Positions 28,458 through 41,463 are shown, numbered from the stretch's first letter. The stretch is 52,988 nt of DNA from Romboutsia sp. 13368 (GCF_018336475.1 NZ_CP048741.1:2511392-2564379), one strand, 5' to 3'. Made by a program: numbers and translations. Notes: a model not told the origin generated them from the letters alone.

Positions 28458-31400
28458 TTGTTTGAATTAAACAATTTTGAGTCGATAAAAATAGCATTAG
28501 CTTCTCCAGAAAAAATAAGACAATGGTCTAGAGGAGAAGTAAAGAAACCTGAAACAATAAACTACCGTACATTAAAACCAGAAAAAGATGGTCTATTCTG
28601 TGAAAGAATATTCGGACCTCAAAAAGACTGGGAATGTCACTGTGGTAAGTATAGAAGAGTAAGATACAAAGGTGTAGTTTGTGATAGATGTGGAGTAGAA
28701 GTAACAAAGGCTAAAGTAAGAAGAGAAAGAATGGGACATATAGAGCTAGCAGCTCCTATGTCTCATATCTGGTACTTCAAAGGTATACCAAGTAGAATGG
28801 GTCTTTTACTTGATATGTCACCAAGATCTTTAGAAAAAATATTATACTTTGCTTCTTATGTTGTAGTTGATCCAGGTGAAACAGGATTAAATGAAAAACA
28901 ACTATTAACAGAAAAAGAATACAGAGCTGCTGTTGATAAGTATGGATACAATACTTTCACTGTAGGTATGGGTGCTGAAGCTGTTAAGCAATTACTACAA
29001 AACATAGACCTAGAAAAAGAAAGTAAAGAATTAAGAGCTGACTTAAAAGACAGTACAGGTCAAAAAAGAGTTAGAACAATAAGAAGATTAGAAGTGGTAG
29101 AAGCTTTCAGAAAATCTGGAAATAGACCAGAATGGATGATATTAGATGCTATACCTGTAATACCTCCAGATTTAAGACCTATGGTTCAACTTGATGGAGG
29201 AAGATTTGCCACTTCTGACTTAAATGATTTATATAGAAGAGTTATAAACAGAAACAACAGATTAAAGAGATTACTAGAACTTGGAGCTCCTGACATTATC
29301 GTAAGAAATGAAAAGAGAATGCTTCAAGAAGCAGTAGATGCTTTAATAGACAATGGTAGAAGAGGTAGACCTGTAACAGGACCTGGTAATAGACCACTTA
29401 AGTCATTATCAGACATGTTAAAAGGTAAGCAAGGACGTTTCCGTCAAAACTTACTTGGTAAACGTGTTGACTACTCAGGACGTTCAGTTATAGTTGTTGG
29501 ACCAGAACTTAAATTCTATCAATGTGGTCTTCCTAAGAAAATGGCTCTTGAATTATTCAAGCCATTCGTTATGGATAAATTAGTTAAAGAAGGATTTGCA
29601 CACAACATAAAGAGTGCAAAATCTATAGTAGAAAAAGTTAAACCAGAAGTATGGGATGTTTTAGAAGATGTTATAAAGAGTCATCCAGTTCTTCTTAACC
29701 GTGCCCCTACTCTTCATAGATTAGGTATACAAGCATTTGAACCAGTTTTAGTTGAAGGAAAAGCTATAAAGCTACATCCACTTGTATGTACAGCGTACAA
29801 TGCCGACTTCGACGGTGACCAAATGGCGGTACACGTACCTTTATCAGTAGAAGCACAAGCAGAAGCTAGATTCTTAATGTTATCTGTAAATAACATACTA
29901 GCTCCTAAAGATGGTAGCCCAATAACTACTCCTTCTCAGGATATGGTTTTAGGATGTTACTACTTAACAATAGAAGCTCAAGGTGGAGAAAAAGGAACAG
30001 GAACAGTATTCAAAGACTTCAATGAAATGTTACTTGCTTATCAAAACCAAGCTGTTCAATTACACTCTTTAGTAAAAATGAGAGTTGTATTAGAGGATGG
30101 AAGAAGCTCTATAGTTGAAAGTACTGTAGGTAGATTCATATTCAATGAAAATATACCTCAAGACTTAGGATTTGTAGACAGAAGTGTAGATCCATTTGGA
30201 TTAGAAATAGACTTCTTAGTTGACAAAAAAGCTTTAGGAAAGATAATAGATAAGTGTTTCAGAAAGCATGGAAACACAGATACAGCTGTATTACTTGACC
30301 ACATAAAATCTTTAGGGTTCAAATACTCTACTAGAGGTGGTATAACAGTTGCGGTTGCTGATATGAAGATACCAGAAGCTAAGAAAGGTTATATAACAGC
30401 AGCTGAAGAAAAAGTTGATAAATATGAAAAAGCATATAGAAGAGGTCTAATCTCTGACGAAGAAAGATATGAAAGAGTTATAGAAACTTGGACAGAAACA
30501 ACTGAAAAAGTTACAGATGCTCTTATGGAAGGATTAGAAAGACTTAATAATATATATATAATGGCACACTCAGGAGCCAGAGGTTCTAAGAACCAGATAA
30601 GACAGTTAGCTGGTATGCGTGGTCTGATGGCCAATGCATCTGGTAAAACAGTTGAGGTTCCAGTTAAATCTAACTTCCGTGAAGGTTTATCAGTAATGGA
30701 ATACTTCACATCTTCACACGGGGCTAGAAAGGGTCTTGCCGATACAGCACTTCGTACAGCTGACTCAGGATACTTAACAAGAAGACTTGTTGATGTCAGT
30801 CAAGATGTTATAGTAAGAGAGGTTGACTGTGGTACTACAGAAACTACAGAAACATTTGCTATAAAAGATGGAAACGAAGTAATAGAAGTACTATACGACA
30901 GAATAGTTGGTAGATACACTATAGATGCTATAGTAAACCCAACTACTGGAGAAGTTATAGTAGAAGCTGATTCTATGATACAAGAAGATGATGCTGAAAA
31001 GATAATAGCTGCAGGAATAGAAACTGTACAAATAAGAACAGTTCTTAACTGTAAGACAAACCATGGTGTTTGTACTAAGTGTTATGGTAGAAACCTTGCT
31101 ACAGGTAAAGAAGTTAATATAGGAGAAGCTGTTGGTATAATAGCTGCTCAATCAATCGGTGAACCAGGTACTCAGCTTACAATGCGTACATTCCATACAG
31201 GTGGGGTTGCCGGAGGAGATATAACTCAAGGTCTTCCAAGGGTTGAAGAATTATTTGAAGCAAGAAAACCTAAAGGTTTAGCTATCATAACAGAAATAAC
31301 TGGTAGAGTTGAAATAGACGAAACTGGTAAGAGAAAAGAAATAAACATAGTTCCTGAAAATGGAGAAACAGAAGTTTATGCTATACCTTATGGATCAAGA

Positions 31401-31946
31401 ATAAGAGTTAAGCATGGACAAATGGTTGAAGCTGGTGATCCATTAACTCAAGGTTCTATAAACCCACATGACATAGTAAGAGTTAAAGGTATAGGCGGAG
31501 TTCAAGACTATATCGTTAAAGAAGTTCAAAGAGTTTATAGAATGCAAGGGGTTGACGTTAACGATAAGCATATAGAAGTTATAGTAAGACAAATGATTTC
31601 TAAAGTTAAGGTTGAGGATCCAGGAGATACAGAATTAATCCCAGGTGGATATGAAGATGTATTAACATTTGATAAGTGTAATGAAGAAGCTATAGCTCAA
31701 GGATTAAAGCCTGCTGTTGCTAATAGAGTATTACTTGGTATAACTAAGGCATCTCTTGCTACAGATTCATTCTTATCAGCTGCTTCATTCCAAGAAACAA
31801 CAAGAGTATTAACTGAAGCTGCTATAAAAGGAAAAGAAGACCACTTAATAGGTCTTAAAGAAAATGTTATATTAGGTAAGTTAATACCAGCAGGAACAGG
31901 TATGAAGAGATATAAAAACATAGCTGTTGAAAAAATACAAGACTAA
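28458..31946 (+). CDS. rpoC: RNA polymerase beta-prime subunit
   Basis: Zn finger CHCGK...[13 protein letters not shown] active site; TTG start. Confidence 0.99.
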   Translation: MFELNNFESIKIALASPEKIRQWSRGEVKKPETINYRTLKPEKDGLFCERIFGPQKDWECHCGKYRRVRYKGVVCDRCGVEVTKAKVRRERMGHIELAAPMSHIWYFKGIPSRMGLLLDMSPRSLEKILYFASYVVVDPGETGLNEKQLLTEKEYRAAVDKYGYNTFTVGMGAEAVKQLLQNIDLEKESKELRADLKDSTGQKRVRTIRRLEVVEAFRKSGNRPEWMILDAIPVIPPDLRPMVQLDGGRFATSDLNDLYRRVINRNNRLKRLLELGAPDIIVRNEKRMLQEAVDALIDNGRRGRPVTGPGNRPLKSLSDMLKGKQGRFRQNLLGKRVDYSGRSVIVVGPELKFYQCGLPKKMALELFKPFVMDKLVKEGFAHNIKSAKSIVEKVKPEVWDVLEDVIKSHPVLLNRAPTLHRLGIQAFEPVLVEGKAIKLHPLVCTAYNADFDGDQMAVHVPLSVEAQAEARFLMLSVNNILAPKDGSPITTPSQDMVLGCYYLTIEAQGGEKGTGTVFKDFNEMLLAYQNQAVQLHSLVKMRVVLEDGRSSIVESTVGRFIFNENIPQDLGFVDRSVDPFGLEIDFLVDKKALGKIIDKCFRKHGNTDTAVLLDHIKSLGFKYSTRGGITVAVADMKIPEAKKGYITAAEEKVDKYEKAYRRGLISDEERYERVIETWTETTEKVTDALMEGLERLNNIYIMAHSGARGSKNQIRQLAGMRGLMANASGKTVEVPVKSNFREGLSVMEYFTSSHGARKGLADTALRTADSGYLTRRLVDVSQDVIVREVDCGTTETTETFAIKDGNEVIEVLYDRIVGRYTIDAIVNPTTGEVIVEADSMIQEDDAEKIIAAGIETVQIRTVLNCKTNHGVCTKCYGRNLATGKEVNIGEAVGIIAAQSIGEPGTQLTMRTFHTGGVAGGDITQGLPRVEELFEARKPKGLAIITEITGRVEIDETGKRKEINIVPENGETEVYAIPYGSRIRVKHGQMVEAGDPLTQGSINPHDIVRVKGIGGVQDYIVKEVQRVYRMQGVDVNDKHIEVIVRQMISKVKVEDPGDTELIPGGYEDVLTFDKCNEEAIAQGLKPAVANRVLLGITKASLATDSFLSAASFQETTRVLTEAAIKGKEDHLIGLKENVILGKLIPAGTGMKRYKNIAVEKIQD

Positions 31947-31968
31947 GATAATAACAGATAAAGAAACC

Positions 31969-31998
31969 TTGACAGTATCTATGTTAGGGTGATAAAAT
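31969..31998 (+). promoter_or_regulatory. Sigma-A promoter of the str operon
   Basis: TTGACA-N18-TAAAAT with TGn extension. Confidence 0.7.
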
Positions 31999-32004
31999 GT
32001 AAAA

Positions 32005-32225
32005 GTGTGTAATCGAAGATCGCTAAAATTTGAAAAAATATTAGTGATCTTTGATTAGACTTTTTAATAAATGAACTAGCAGCACCAAACTGCAAAAGAG
32101 CTAAAAACCACATATTTATGTGTGTTAATAGACATTTAATTGTACATGTAACTTTTGTTACAAAACATGTCAGTGTTATTTATACTGACGTAGTTGGCGG
32201 TCATTTAAAGATCGAAAATTTTGGA
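32005..32225 (+). promoter_or_regulatory. Structured 5' leader of rpsL (candidate cis-regulatory RNA)
   Basis: 16-17 bp stem (32011-32026 with 32041-32056, two G-U pairs) plus three further hairpins; no ORF. Confidence 0.5.
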
Positions 32226-32236
32226 AGGAGGTGCAG

Positions 32237-32662
32237 ATGATGCCAACAATTAACCAATTAGTTCGTAAAAACAGACAAGCAATAGAAAAGAAATCTACTG
32301 CTCCAGCATTACAAAAGGGATTCAACTCTTTACACAAGAAAGCTACTGATGCTAGTGCTCCACAAAAAAGAGGAGTTTGTACTTCAGTAAAAACAGTTAC
32401 TCCTAAGAAGCCTAACTCAGCTTTAAGAAAAGTTGCCAGAGTTAGATTAACAAACGGAATAGAAGTTTCTGCTTATATACCAGGAGAAGGACACAACTTA
32501 CAAGAGCATAGTGTTGTTCTTATAAGAGGAGGAAGAGTTAAAGACCTTCCAGGGGTTAGATACCACATATTAAGAGGTACTTTAGATACTGCAGGTGTTG
32601 ATAAGAGAATGCAAGCTAGATCTAAGTACGGTGCTAAGAGACCTAAAGCTGCAAAGAAATAA
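32237..32662 (+). CDS. rpsL: 30S ribosomal protein S12
   Basis: [34 protein letters not shown]; start 32237 or 32240. Confidence 0.99.
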   Translation: MMPTINQLVRKNRQAIEKKSTAPALQKGFNSLHKKATDASAPQKRGVCTSVKTVTPKKPNSALRKVARVRLTNGIEVSAYIPGEGHNLQEHSVVLIRGGRVKDLPGVRYHILRGTLDTAGVDKRMQARSKYGAKRPKAAKK

Positions 32663-32761
32663 TAAAAACTAACAATTAATTATATGTGCGGTGCTTTAAA
32701 TATATATGTATTTATGGCATCACGGCGTTATTAATGTCGAGTACCTATGATTTAAGATTAA

Positions 32762-33253
<492 letters not shown>

Positions 33254-33305
33254 TAAAATAGGATATAATTGATACCTTATAAGGGATATCACAAGGAGGA
33301 GAACC

Positions 33306-35375
33306 ATGGCTAGAAAGTTTCCTTTAGAAAGAACTAGAAATATAGGAATCATGGCTCATATAGATGCAGGAAAAACTACTACTACAGAAAGAATCCTTTT
33401 CTATACAGGGCAAACACATAAAATAGGAGAAACTCACGAAGGAGCTTCTCAAATGGACTGGATGGAGCAAGAGAAGGAGAGAGGTATAACAATAACTTCT
33501 GCTGCTACTACTGCTGCATGGAAAGACCATAGAATAAACATAATAGATACACCAGGACACGTCGACTTCACAGTTGAGGTTGAAAGATCTCTAAGAGTTC
33601 TTGACGGTTCAGTTGCTGTATTCTGTGCTAAAGGTGGGGTTGAACCTCAATCTGAGAACGTATGGAGACAAGCAGATAACTACGGTGTACCTAGAATAGC
33701 ATTTGTAAACAAAATGGATATCATGGGTGCAGACTTCTACAATGTTGTACAAATGATGAAAGACAGATTAAGTGCAAATGCAGTACCTGTTCAATTACCA
33801 ATAGGTAAAGAAGACTGGTTAGAAGGTGAAGTTGACTTAGTAGAAATGTGTGCTCACATATACAAAGACGACTTAGGAAAAGTAATAGAAAGAACTGAAA
33901 TACCAGAAGATATGAAAGAATTAGCTCAAGAGTGGAGAGAAAAGCTTATAGAAGCTGTTGCTGAAACTGATGAAGAGTTAATGATGAAATATCTTGAAGG
34001 AGAAGAATTCTCTGTAGAAGAAATAAAAACTGCTATAAGAAAAGCTACTATAGCTTGTGAAATGAACCCAGTATTCTGTGGATCTGCATACAGAAACAAA
34101 GGTGTTCAGTTATTATTAGATGGTGTTGTTGATTACTTACCAGCTCCAACTGATATAGAAGCTATAAAAGGTATATTACCAGATGGTGAAGAAGCAGCTA
34201 GACAATCTTCTGACGAAGAACCATTCTCAGCATTAGCATTCAAAATAATGACTGACCCATTCGTTGGTAAGTTAGCATTCTTCAGAGTTTACTCTGGGGT
34301 AATAACAAGTGGATCTTACGTTCTTAACTCTACTAAAAACAAGAGAGAAAGAATAGGTCGTATACTTCAAATGCATGCTAATACAAGAGAAGAAATATCT
34401 GAAGTATATGCTGGAGATATAGCTGCAGCAGTAGGATTAAAAGATACTACTACTGGAGATACTTTATGTGATCCTGCACATGCTATAATACTTGAATCTA
34501 TGGAATTCCCAGAGCCAGTTATATCTGTTGCTATAGAGCCAAAGTCTAAAGCTGCTCAAGAAAAAATGGGAACTGCTCTTCAAAAGTTAACTGAAGAAGA
34601 TCCAACTTTCACAGTTAAAACTGACGAAGAAACAGGACAAACTATAATATCTGGAATGGGTGAATTACACTTAGAGATAATAGTTGATAGATTATTAAGA
34701 GAATTCAAAGTTGAAGCTAACGTTGGTGCTCCACAAGTTGCTTACAGAGAAACAATAACTCAACCAGTTGATATAGAGTACAAGTACTCTAAGCAATCAG
34801 GTGGTAGAGGACAATACGGTCACGTTAAGATAAGAGTTAACCCTCAAGAACCAGGTGCTGGTTATGTATTCGAAAACAAGACTGTTGGTGGATCTGTACC
34901 AAAAGAATACGTTGGACCAACTGATGCAGGTATACAAGGTGCTATGGCATCTGGTGTAGTTGCTGGATACCCAGTTGTTGACGTTGCTGTTGAATTATAC
35001 GATGGTTCTTACCATGAAGTCGATTCATCAGAAATGGCATTCAAAATGGCTGGTTCAATGGCTATGAAAGAAGCTTTAAGAAAAGGAAATTCTGTATTAT
35101 TAGAGCCATACTTCAAAGTTGAAGTTGTTACTCCTGAAGAATACATGGGAGACGTTATGGGTGGATTAAACTCTAAGAGAGGTTTAATACAAGGTATGGA
35201 AGCTAGATCTGGTGCACAAGTTATAAATGCATTCGTTCCACTTTCAGAAATGTTCGGATACTCTACTGAGTTAAGATCTACTACTCAAGGTCGTGCAACT
35301 TACACTATGATATTTGACCACTACGAGCAAGTTCCAGCTTCAGTTGCTAAGAAAATAGCTGAAGGAAGAAACTAA
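33306..35375 (+). CDS. fusA: Elongation factor G (canonical)
   Basis: [26 protein letters not shown]. Confidence 0.99.
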   Translation: MARKFPLERTRNIGIMAHIDAGKTTTTERILFYTGQTHKIGETHEGASQMDWMEQEKERGITITSAATTAAWKDHRINIIDTPGHVDFTVEVERSLRVLDGSVAVFCAKGGVEPQSENVWRQADNYGVPRIAFVNKMDIMGADFYNVVQMMKDRLSANAVPVQLPIGKEDWLEGEVDLVEMCAHIYKDDLGKVIERTEIPEDMKELAQEWREKLIEAVAETDEELMMKYLEGEEFSVEEIKTAIRKATIACEMNPVFCGSAYRNKGVQLLLDGVVDYLPAPTDIEAIKGILPDGEEAARQSSDEEPFSALAFKIMTDPFVGKLAFFRVYSGVITSGSYVLNSTKNKRERIGRILQMHANTREEISEVYAGDIAAAVGLKDTTTGDTLCDPAHAIILESMEFPEPVISVAIEPKSKAAQEKMGTALQKLTEEDPTFTVKTDEETGQTIISGMGELHLEIIVDRLLREFKVEANVGAPQVAYRETITQPVDIEYKYSKQSGGRGQYGHVKIRVNPQEPGAGYVFENKTVGGSVPKEYVGPTDAGIQGAMASGVVAGYPVVDVAVELYDGSYHEVDSSEMAFKMAGSMAMKEALRKGNSVLLEPYFKVEVVTPEEYMGDVMGGLNSKRGLIQGMEARSGAQVINAFVPLSEMFGYSTELRSTTQGRATYTMIFDHYEQVPASVAKKIAEGRN

Positions 35376-35419
35376 TTAGTTTATTATTTTATTAATAAAA
35401 TTAACATAAATTAAAATGA

Positions 35420-35444
35420 GTAAGACGAGTTTTACTCGTCTTAC
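35420..35444. other. Perfect 11-bp hairpin between fusA and tuf copy 2
   Basis: GTAAGACGAGT-ttt-ACTCGTCTTAC, no downstream U tract. Confidence 0.7.
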
Positions 35445-35473
35445 CTAAAATATATATAGGGAGGTATTTCAAA

Positions 35474-36667
35474 ATGGCTAAAGCTAAATTTGAAAGAAAT
35501 AAACCACACGTTAATATAGGAACAATAGGACACGTTGACCACGGTAAAACTACATTAACAGCTGCTATAACAAAAACTTTACATGAAAGATACCAATTAG
35601 GAGAAGCTGTAGACTTTGCTAACATAGATAAAGCTCCAGAAGAAAGAGAAAGAGGTATCACAATATCAACTGCTCACGTTGAGTACGAAACTCCAAACAG
35701 ACACTACGCTCACGTTGACTGCCCAGGACATGCTGACTACGTTAAGAACATGATAACAGGTGCTGCTCAAATGGACGGTGCTATATTAGTTTGTTCAGCA
35801 ACAGATGGACCAATGCCTCAAACAAGAGAGCATATATTATTATCAAGACAAGTTGGTGTACCATACATAGTAGTATTCTTAAACAAGTGTGACATGGTAG
35901 ACGATGAAGAATTATTAGAGTTAGTTGAAATGGAAATAAGAGACTTATTAAATGAGTACGAATTCCCAGGAGATGACACTCCAATAATAAGAGGATCTGC
36001 TTTAATGGCATTAGAAAACCCAGCTTCTGAGTGGGGAGACAAAATAGTTGAATTATTCGAGCAAATAGATGCTTATATACCAGAACCAGAAAGAGATGTT
36101 GATAAGAACTTCTTAATGCCAGTAGAAGACGTATTCTCTATAACAGGTAGAGGAACAGTTGCTACAGGTAGAGTTGAAAGAGGAGTATTAAAGGTTCAAG
36201 ACGAAGTTGAAATAGTAGGTTTAGCTGATGAGCCAAGAAAAGTTGTAGTAACAGGAGTAGAAATGTTCAGAAAGTTATTAGACCAAGCACAAGCTGGAGA
36301 TAACATAGGAGCATTAATAAGAGGGGTACAAAGAAATGAAATAGAAAGAGGACAAGTTATGGCTAAGCCAGGAACAGTTAAGCCTCATACTAAGTTCATG
36401 GCAGAAGTATACGTTCTTAAAAAAGAAGAAGGTGGAAGACACACTCCATTCTTCGATGGATACAGACCACAATTCTACTTCAGAACAACAGACGTTACAG
36501 GAGCTTGTAAGTTACCAGAAGGTATAGAAATGGTTATGCCTGGAGATAACGTAACAATGTCAGTTGAGTTAATAAACTCAATAGCAATAGAAGAAGGATT
36601 AAGATTCGCAATAAGAGAAGGTGGAAGAACAGTAGCATCAGGAGTTGTTGCTTCTATAGTTGAATAA
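35474..36667 (+). CDS. tuf: Elongation factor Tu, copy 2
   Basis: Identical to copy 1 except one V/I change (MEVRD versus MEIRD). Confidence 0.99.
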   Translation: MAKAKFERNKPHVNIGTIGHVDHGKTTLTAAITKTLHERYQLGEAVDFANIDKAPEERERGITISTAHVEYETPNRHYAHVDCPGHADYVKNMITGAAQMDGAILVCSATDGPMPQTREHILLSRQVGVPYIVVFLNKCDMVDDEELLELVEMEIRDLLNEYEFPGDDTPIIRGSALMALENPASEWGDKIVELFEQIDAYIPEPERDVDKNFLMPVEDVFSITGRGTVATGRVERGVLKVQDEVEIVGLADEPRKVVVTGVEMFRKLLDQAQAGDNIGALIRGVQRNEIERGQVMAKPGTVKPHTKFMAEVYVLKKEEGGRHTPFFDGYRPQFYFRTTDVTGACKLPEGIEMVMPGDNVTMSVELINSIAIEEGLRFAIREGGRTVASGVVASIVE

Positions 36668-36695
36668 TCTTCTTTAAAGTGATTAATCAATAGAT

Positions 36696-36723
36696 AAAAA
36701 GAGAGGTATAACCTCTCTTTTTT
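36696..36723 (+). terminator. Terminator after tuf copy 2
   Basis: AAAAAGAGAGGT-ata-ACCTCTCTTTTTT. Confidence 0.9.
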
Positions 36724-36774
36724 ATTTAAAAGAATAAATTTGATAAATAGTAATAATATACTATTTATATTTCA

Positions 36775-36803
36775 TTGACAAAATCTAATAAATTTTATAT
36801 ACT
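36775..36803 (+). promoter_or_regulatory. S10 operon promoter P1
   Basis: TTGACA-N17-TATACT. Confidence 0.8.
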
Positions 36804-36888
36804 AAATGAGTGCTTTGTTAAAGGAAATAAATCAAGTTTCAGTCGAGTTTTACATAAAAAATAAAATTTATGAAAATTTAAAAAAAAC

Positions 36889-36917
36889 TTGAAAAAATAA
36901 AAGAAATAATGTAAAAT
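36889..36917 (+). promoter_or_regulatory. S10 operon promoter P2
   Basis: TTGAAA-N17-TAAAAT. Confidence 0.7.
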
Positions 36918-36924
36918 GTAATAG

Positions 36925-37070
36925 TGTGCTTGAGAGATACGAAAAAATAAACTACATCTTAGTTAGTAGCGACCTATTGTCGATTTAAAAATGCAACACA
37001 CCCGGAGCAGTGTATCGGCATAAGTCGCGCGTAACAATTAAGATTAAACGTGCGATAAAGGAGGGAAATT
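36925..37070 (+). promoter_or_regulatory. S10 (rpsJ) leader RNA
   Basis: GC-rich island with ACACACCCGG (36996-37005), a motif I recall from Firmicute rpsJ leaders, and hairpins GCGAC...GTCG and CGCG...CGTGCG. Confidence 0.6.
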
Positions 37071-37073
37071 AAA

Positions 37074-37385
37074 ATGGCTCAAAATGAAAAAATAAGAATA
37101 AGATTAAAATCATATGATCACAAATTATTAGATTTTTCAGCTTCTAAAATAGTTGAAACTGCTAAGAAGGCTGGATCACAAGTTTCAGGACCTGTGCCAC
37201 TACCAACAGAAAAGCAAATAGTAACTATATTAAGAGCTGTACACAAGTACAAAGACTCTAGAGAGCAATTCGAAATAAGAACTCATAAGAGATTAATCGA
37301 CATAGCTAACCCAACACCTAAGACTGTTGACTCATTAATGAGATTAGACTTACCAGCTGGTGTTGATATAGAAATAAAGTTATAA
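37074..37385 (+). CDS. rpsJ: 30S ribosomal protein S10
   Basis: [28 protein letters not shown]. Confidence 0.99.
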   Translation: MAQNEKIRIRLKSYDHKLLDFSASKIVETAKKAGSQVSGPVPLPTEKQIVTILRAVHKYKDSREQFEIRTHKRLIDIANPTPKTVDSLMRLDLPAGVDIEIKL

Positions 37386-37473
37386 TAGCAACCTAAGATA
37401 TTATCCTATAAGGAGATTGTCTTAGTATGATTATAGAATTATAATCCGCTGTAAGATTATAGGAGGTGCTAAT

Positions 37474-38103
37474 ATGAAAGGTATATTAGGAAAAAAACTA
37501 GGTATGACTCAAATATTCACTGAAGAAGGTATAGTAATACCTGTAACAGTTGTTGAGGCAGGACCAAACGTTGTAACTCAAGTTAAAACAGTTGAGAAAG
37601 ACGGATACAATGCAATACAAGTTGGTTTTGAAGATGCTAAAGAAAAATCTTTAAACAAACCACAAAAAGGACATTTAGCTGCTGCTAATGTTTTAAAGAA
37701 ACACTTAAAAGAATTCAGAGTAAACGCTGTAGAAGAATTCACAGTTGGACAAGAAATAAAAGCTGATTTATTCGCTGCAGGAGAAAAAATAGATGTTACT
37801 GGAACAAGTAAAGGTAAAGGATTCCAAGGTCCAATAAAGAGACATGGACAATCTAGAGGTCCTGAATCTCACGGTTCTAGATACCACAGAAGACCAGGTT
37901 CAATGGGAGCATGTTCTTTCCCAGGTAGAGTTTTCAAAAACAAAAAACTAGCAGGACACATGGGTAGCGTTAAAGTTACTGTTCAAAACTTAGAGGTTGT
38001 TAGAGTAGATGCTGATAAGAACCTTATATTAGTTAAAGGTGCTATACCAGGACCTAAAGGTTCAATGGTAACTATAAAGGAAGCTGTTAAGTCTTCTAAA
38101 TAA
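37474..38103 (+). CDS. rplC: 50S ribosomal protein L3
   Basis: [29 protein letters not shown]. Confidence 0.98.
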   Translation: MKGILGKKLGMTQIFTEEGIVIPVTVVEAGPNVVTQVKTVEKDGYNAIQVGFEDAKEKSLNKPQKGHLAAANVLKKHLKEFRVNAVEEFTVGQEIKADLFAAGEKIDVTGTSKGKGFQGPIKRHGQSRGPESHGSRYHRRPGSMGACSFPGRVFKNKKLAGHMGSVKVTVQNLEVVRVDADKNLILVKGAIPGPKGSMVTIKEAVKSSK

Positions 38104-38131
38104 TGACTAACCTAAGAAAGGAGGAAGCACA

Positions 38132-38755
38132 ATGCCAAAATTAAATGTATTAAATATTAATGGACAAAATGTTGGAGAAATAGAATTAGTAGATTCTATA
38201 TTCAACGTAGAAGTTAATGAACATGTTTTATATGAAGTTGTTAAAAATCAATTAGCAAACAAGAGACAAGGTACTCAATCTGCTAAGACTAGAGCAGAAG
38301 TTAGAGGTGGCGGAAGAAAGCCTTGGAAACAAAAAGGAACTGGTAGAGCTAGACAAGGTTCTATAAGAGCAGTACAATGGGTAGGTGGAGGAGTTGCTTT
38401 CGCACCAAAGCCAAGAAGCTACAACTACACATTACCAAAGAAAGTTAGAAGATTAGCTATGAAGAGCGCTTTAACTTCTAAAGTACAAAACGGAGAAATG
38501 ATAGTATTAGATGCTTTAAACATGGAAGCTCCTAAGACTAAAGAATTCGTTCAAATATTAAAGAATGTAAATGCTGCTAAGAAAGCTTTAGTAGTAACAG
38601 CTGAAAATAACGAAAACGTAATAAGATCAGCTAAGAACATAGAAGGTGTTGCAACTGCTACAGTTAACACTATAAATGTTTACGATATATTAAAGTATGA
38701 TTCATTCATAATAACAACAGACGCTGTTAAAAAAGTGGAGGAGGTGTACGCATAA
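38132..38755 (+). CDS. rplD: 50S ribosomal protein L4
   Basis: [30 protein letters not shown]. Confidence 0.98.
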   Translation: MPKLNVLNINGQNVGEIELVDSIFNVEVNEHVLYEVVKNQLANKRQGTQSAKTRAEVRGGGRKPWKQKGTGRARQGSIRAVQWVGGGVAFAPKPRSYNYTLPKKVRRLAMKSALTSKVQNGEMIVLDALNMEAPKTKEFVQILKNVNAAKKALVVTAENNENVIRSAKNIEGVATATVNTINVYDILKYDSFIITTDAVKKVEEVYA

Positions 38756-39045
38756 TGACTAATCCACATGATATAATAAAAAAGCCAGTTGTAACTGAGC
38801 AAAGTATGATGGAAATGGCTAACAAGAAATATACTTTCGTTGTTGCTAAAGATGCAAACAAGACTGAAATAAAGAAAGCTGTAGAAGCTATATTCGGAGT
38901 AAATGTAGAAAAAGTTAATACATTAAACTACGATGGAAAAGTTAAAAGAATGGGTAGACATGAAGGAAGAACTGCAAGCTTTAAGAAAGCAGTAGTTAAA
39001 TTAACTGCTGATAGCAAAGAAATAGAATTCTTCCAAGGAATGTAA
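38755..39045 (+). CDS. rplW: 50S ribosomal protein L23
   Basis: [26 protein letters not shown]. Confidence 0.97.
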   Translation: MTNPHDIIKKPVVTEQSMMEMANKKYTFVVAKDANKTEIKKAVEAIFGVNVEKVNTLNYDGKVKRMGRHEGRTASFKKAVVKLTADSKEIEFFQGM

Positions 39046-39076
39046 TTAACCCTAACTAATGAAGGAGGGAAAACAG

Positions 39077-39907
39077 ATGGCTATAAAAAAGTTTAAACCA
39101 ACTTCTCCTGCCTTAAGACAAATGACAGTTTTAGTTTCTGATGAAATAACTTGTAATCAACCAGAAAAATCTTTATTAGTTTCTTTAAAGAAAAACTCTG
39201 GTAGAAATGCACAAGGTAAAATAACTGTTCGTCACAGAGGTGGAGGAAACAGAAGAAAATACAGAATAATAGATTTCAAGAGAAATAAAGATGGAATACC
39301 TGCAAAGGTTGCAACTATAGAATACGATCCAAACAGAACAGCTAACATAGCTTTATTACACTACGTAGATGGTGAAAAAGCTTATATATTAGCACCAGTT
39401 GGATTAGAAGTTGGAACTACAGTATTATCAGGACCAACAGCTGATATAAAGCCAGGAAATGCTATGGCATTAAAAGATATGCCAGTAGGTACAGTAGTAC
39501 ACAACATAGAATTAAAGCCAGGTAAAGGAGCTCAATTAGTAAGATCTGCTGGAGTTTCTGCTCAATTAATGGCTAAAGAAGGAAAGAAAGCTTTATTAAG
39601 ATTACCATCAGGAGAAATGAGATACGTTTCTATAGACTGTAAAGCTACTATAGGACAAGTTGGTAACATAGAACACGGTAACGTTGTTATAGGTAAAGCT
39701 GGTAGAAAGAGACATATGGGTATAAGACCTACTGTTAGAGGATCTGTAATGAACCCTTGTGACCATCCACACGGTGGTGGGGAAGGTAGAACTTCAATAG
39801 GTAGACCTTCACCAGTTACTCCATGGGGTAAACCAGCTCTTGGATACAAAACTAGAAAGAAAAACAAAGCTTCTGATAAGTTAATAGTATCAAGAAGAAC
39901 TAAGTAA
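39077..39907 (+). CDS. rplB: 50S ribosomal protein L2
   Basis: [28 protein letters not shown]; ATG 39077 after SD. Confidence 0.98.
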   Translation: MAIKKFKPTSPALRQMTVLVSDEITCNQPEKSLLVSLKKNSGRNAQGKITVRHRGGGNRRKYRIIDFKRNKDGIPAKVATIEYDPNRTANIALLHYVDGEKAYILAPVGLEVGTTVLSGPTADIKPGNAMALKDMPVGTVVHNIELKPGKGAQLVRSAGVSAQLMAKEGKKALLRLPSGEMRYVSIDCKATIGQVGNIEHGNVVIGKAGRKRHMGIRPTVRGSVMNPCDHPHGGGEGRTSIGRPSPVTPWGKPALGYKTRKKNKASDKLIVSRRTK

Positions 39908-39942
39908 TAGATTTACTTTTTGCCCGGAAAGGAGGAAATTAA

Positions 39943-40224
39943 ATGTCAAGATCAACTAAAAAAGGACCTTTCGTCCATGCAAGACTTTTAAAGAAAATAG
40001 AAGAAATGAACGCTAACGGAAATAAAGAAGTTATAAAGACTTGGTCAAGATCTTCAACTATATTCCCACAAATGGTAGAACATACTATAGCTGTTCATGA
40101 TGGAAGAAGACATGTTCCTGTATTTATAACAGAAGACATGGTTGGACATAAATTAGGTGAATTCGTTCCTACAAGAACTTTCAAAGGACACAAGGACGAC
40201 GAAAAATCTAATAAGAGAAAATAA
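39943..40224 (+). CDS. rpsS: 30S ribosomal protein S19
   Basis: [26 protein letters not shown]. Confidence 0.98.
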   Translation: MSRSTKKGPFVHARLLKKIEEMNANGNKEVIKTWSRSSTIFPQMVEHTIAVHDGRRHVPVFITEDMVGHKLGEFVPTRTFKGHKDDEKSNKRK

Positions 40225-40256
40225 TAAATTTCTGACTAAGGAAGGAGGAATAGCAA

Positions 40257-40592
40257 ATGGAAGCAAAAGCTACTGCTAAATATGTACGTGTATCACCAAG
40301 AAAAGCAGGACAAATCTGTGACCTTGTTAGAGGAAAAAATGTTGATGAAGCATTAGCAATATTAAAGTTCACTCCAAGAGGAGCGGCTGAAATAATAGCT
40401 AAGGTTGTAAAGTCTGCTAAAGCAAACGCTGAAAACAATCATGAAATGGATGCTGATAAATTATACGTTGCATCAATAGTTGCAAACCAAGGACCTACAA
40501 TGAAGAGATTCATGCCTAGAGCTATGGGTAGAGCAACAATGATAAGAAAGAGAACTTCTCATATAGAGGTTGTTCTTAAGGAAAGAAAATAA
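40257..40592 (+). CDS. rplV: 50S ribosomal protein L22
   Basis: RVSPRK, PRAMGRA, KRTSHI. Confidence 0.98.
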   Translation: MEAKATAKYVRVSPRKAGQICDLVRGKNVDEALAILKFTPRGAAEIIAKVVKSAKANAENNHEMDADKLYVASIVANQGPTMKRFMPRAMGRATMIRKRTSHIEVVLKERK

Positions 40593-40614
40593 TTAATAGA
40601 TAGGAGGGATAATA

Positions 40615-41430
40615 ATGGGTCAAAAGGTTAATCCACACGGACTAAGAGTCGGTGTTATAAAAGATTGGGACTCAAGATGGTTCACAACTGATAAGAAAGA
40701 ATTCGGAAACTTATTATTAGAAGACCATAATGTACGTAATTTCTTAAAGAAAAGATTATACTCAGCTGGAGTTGCTAAGATAGAAATAGAAAGATCAGCT
40801 AACAAATTAAAATTAGACTTACACGTTGCTAAGCCAGGTGTAGTTATAGGAAAAGCTGGTGCTGGAATAGATGCATTAAAAGCTGAATTAGAAAAAATGA
40901 CTAAGAAGACTGTAATAGTTAACATAGTTGAAGTTAGAAACCCTGATAAGGATGCTCAATTAGTAGCAGAAAACATAGCGTTAGCTATAGAAAGAAGGGT
41001 TGCATTCAGAAGAGCTATGAAGCAAGCTATACAAAGAGCTATGAAGTCAGGAGTTAAAGGTATAAAAGTATCTGCTTCTGGTAGATTAGGTGGAGCTGAA
41101 ATGGCTAGAACTGAAGGATACAGCGAAGGAAATGTTCCTTTACAAACATTAAGAGCTGATATAAACTATGGTTTCGCTGAAGCTAACACTACTTACGGAA
41201 AAACTGGTATAAAAGTTTGGATATGCAACGGAGAAGTTTTACCAACTAGAAACGGTGTAAACCCAAGAGAAGACAGAAGAAACGATAGAAGAGATAGCAA
41301 GAGAAACGATAGAAGAGATAACAGAAGAAACGATAGAAGAGATAACAGAAGAGGAAATGATAATAGAGGAAACAGAGGACAAAGACCTCAAGGATCAAGA
41401 CCTCAAAGAACTGAAAACAAAGGAAACTAA
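40615..41430 (+). CDS. rpsC: 30S ribosomal protein S3 with R/D/N-rich C-terminal extension
   Basis: [31 protein letters not shown]. Confidence 0.98.
   Translation: MGQKVNPHGLRVGVIKDWDSRWFTTDKKEFGNLLLEDHNVRNFLKKRLYSAGVAKIEIERSANKLKLDLHVAKPGVVIGKAGAGIDALKAELEKMTKKTVIVNIVEVRNPDKDAQLVAENIALAIERRVAFRRAMKQAIQRAMKSGVKGIKVSASGRLGGAEMARTEGYSEGNVPLQTLRADINYGFAEANTTYGKTGIKVWICNGEVLPTRNGVNPREDRRNDRRDSKRNDRRDNRRNDRRDNRRGNDNRGNRGQRPQGSRPQRTENKGN
41275..41346 (+). repeat. 24-bp tandem repeat (3 copies) in the rpsC 3' end
   Basis: AGAAGAAACGATAGAAGAGATAGC / AAGAGAAACGATAGAAGAGATAAC / AGAAGAAACGATAGAAGAGATAAC. Confidence 0.9.
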
Positions 41431-41463
41431 TATTAATAAGGTTCGAGGAAGGAGGAAATACTC

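Noticed and set aside
35418-35427. GAGTAAGACG shared between the fusA-tuf hairpin and 5S rRNA
   Set aside because: A 10-bp match is not significant.
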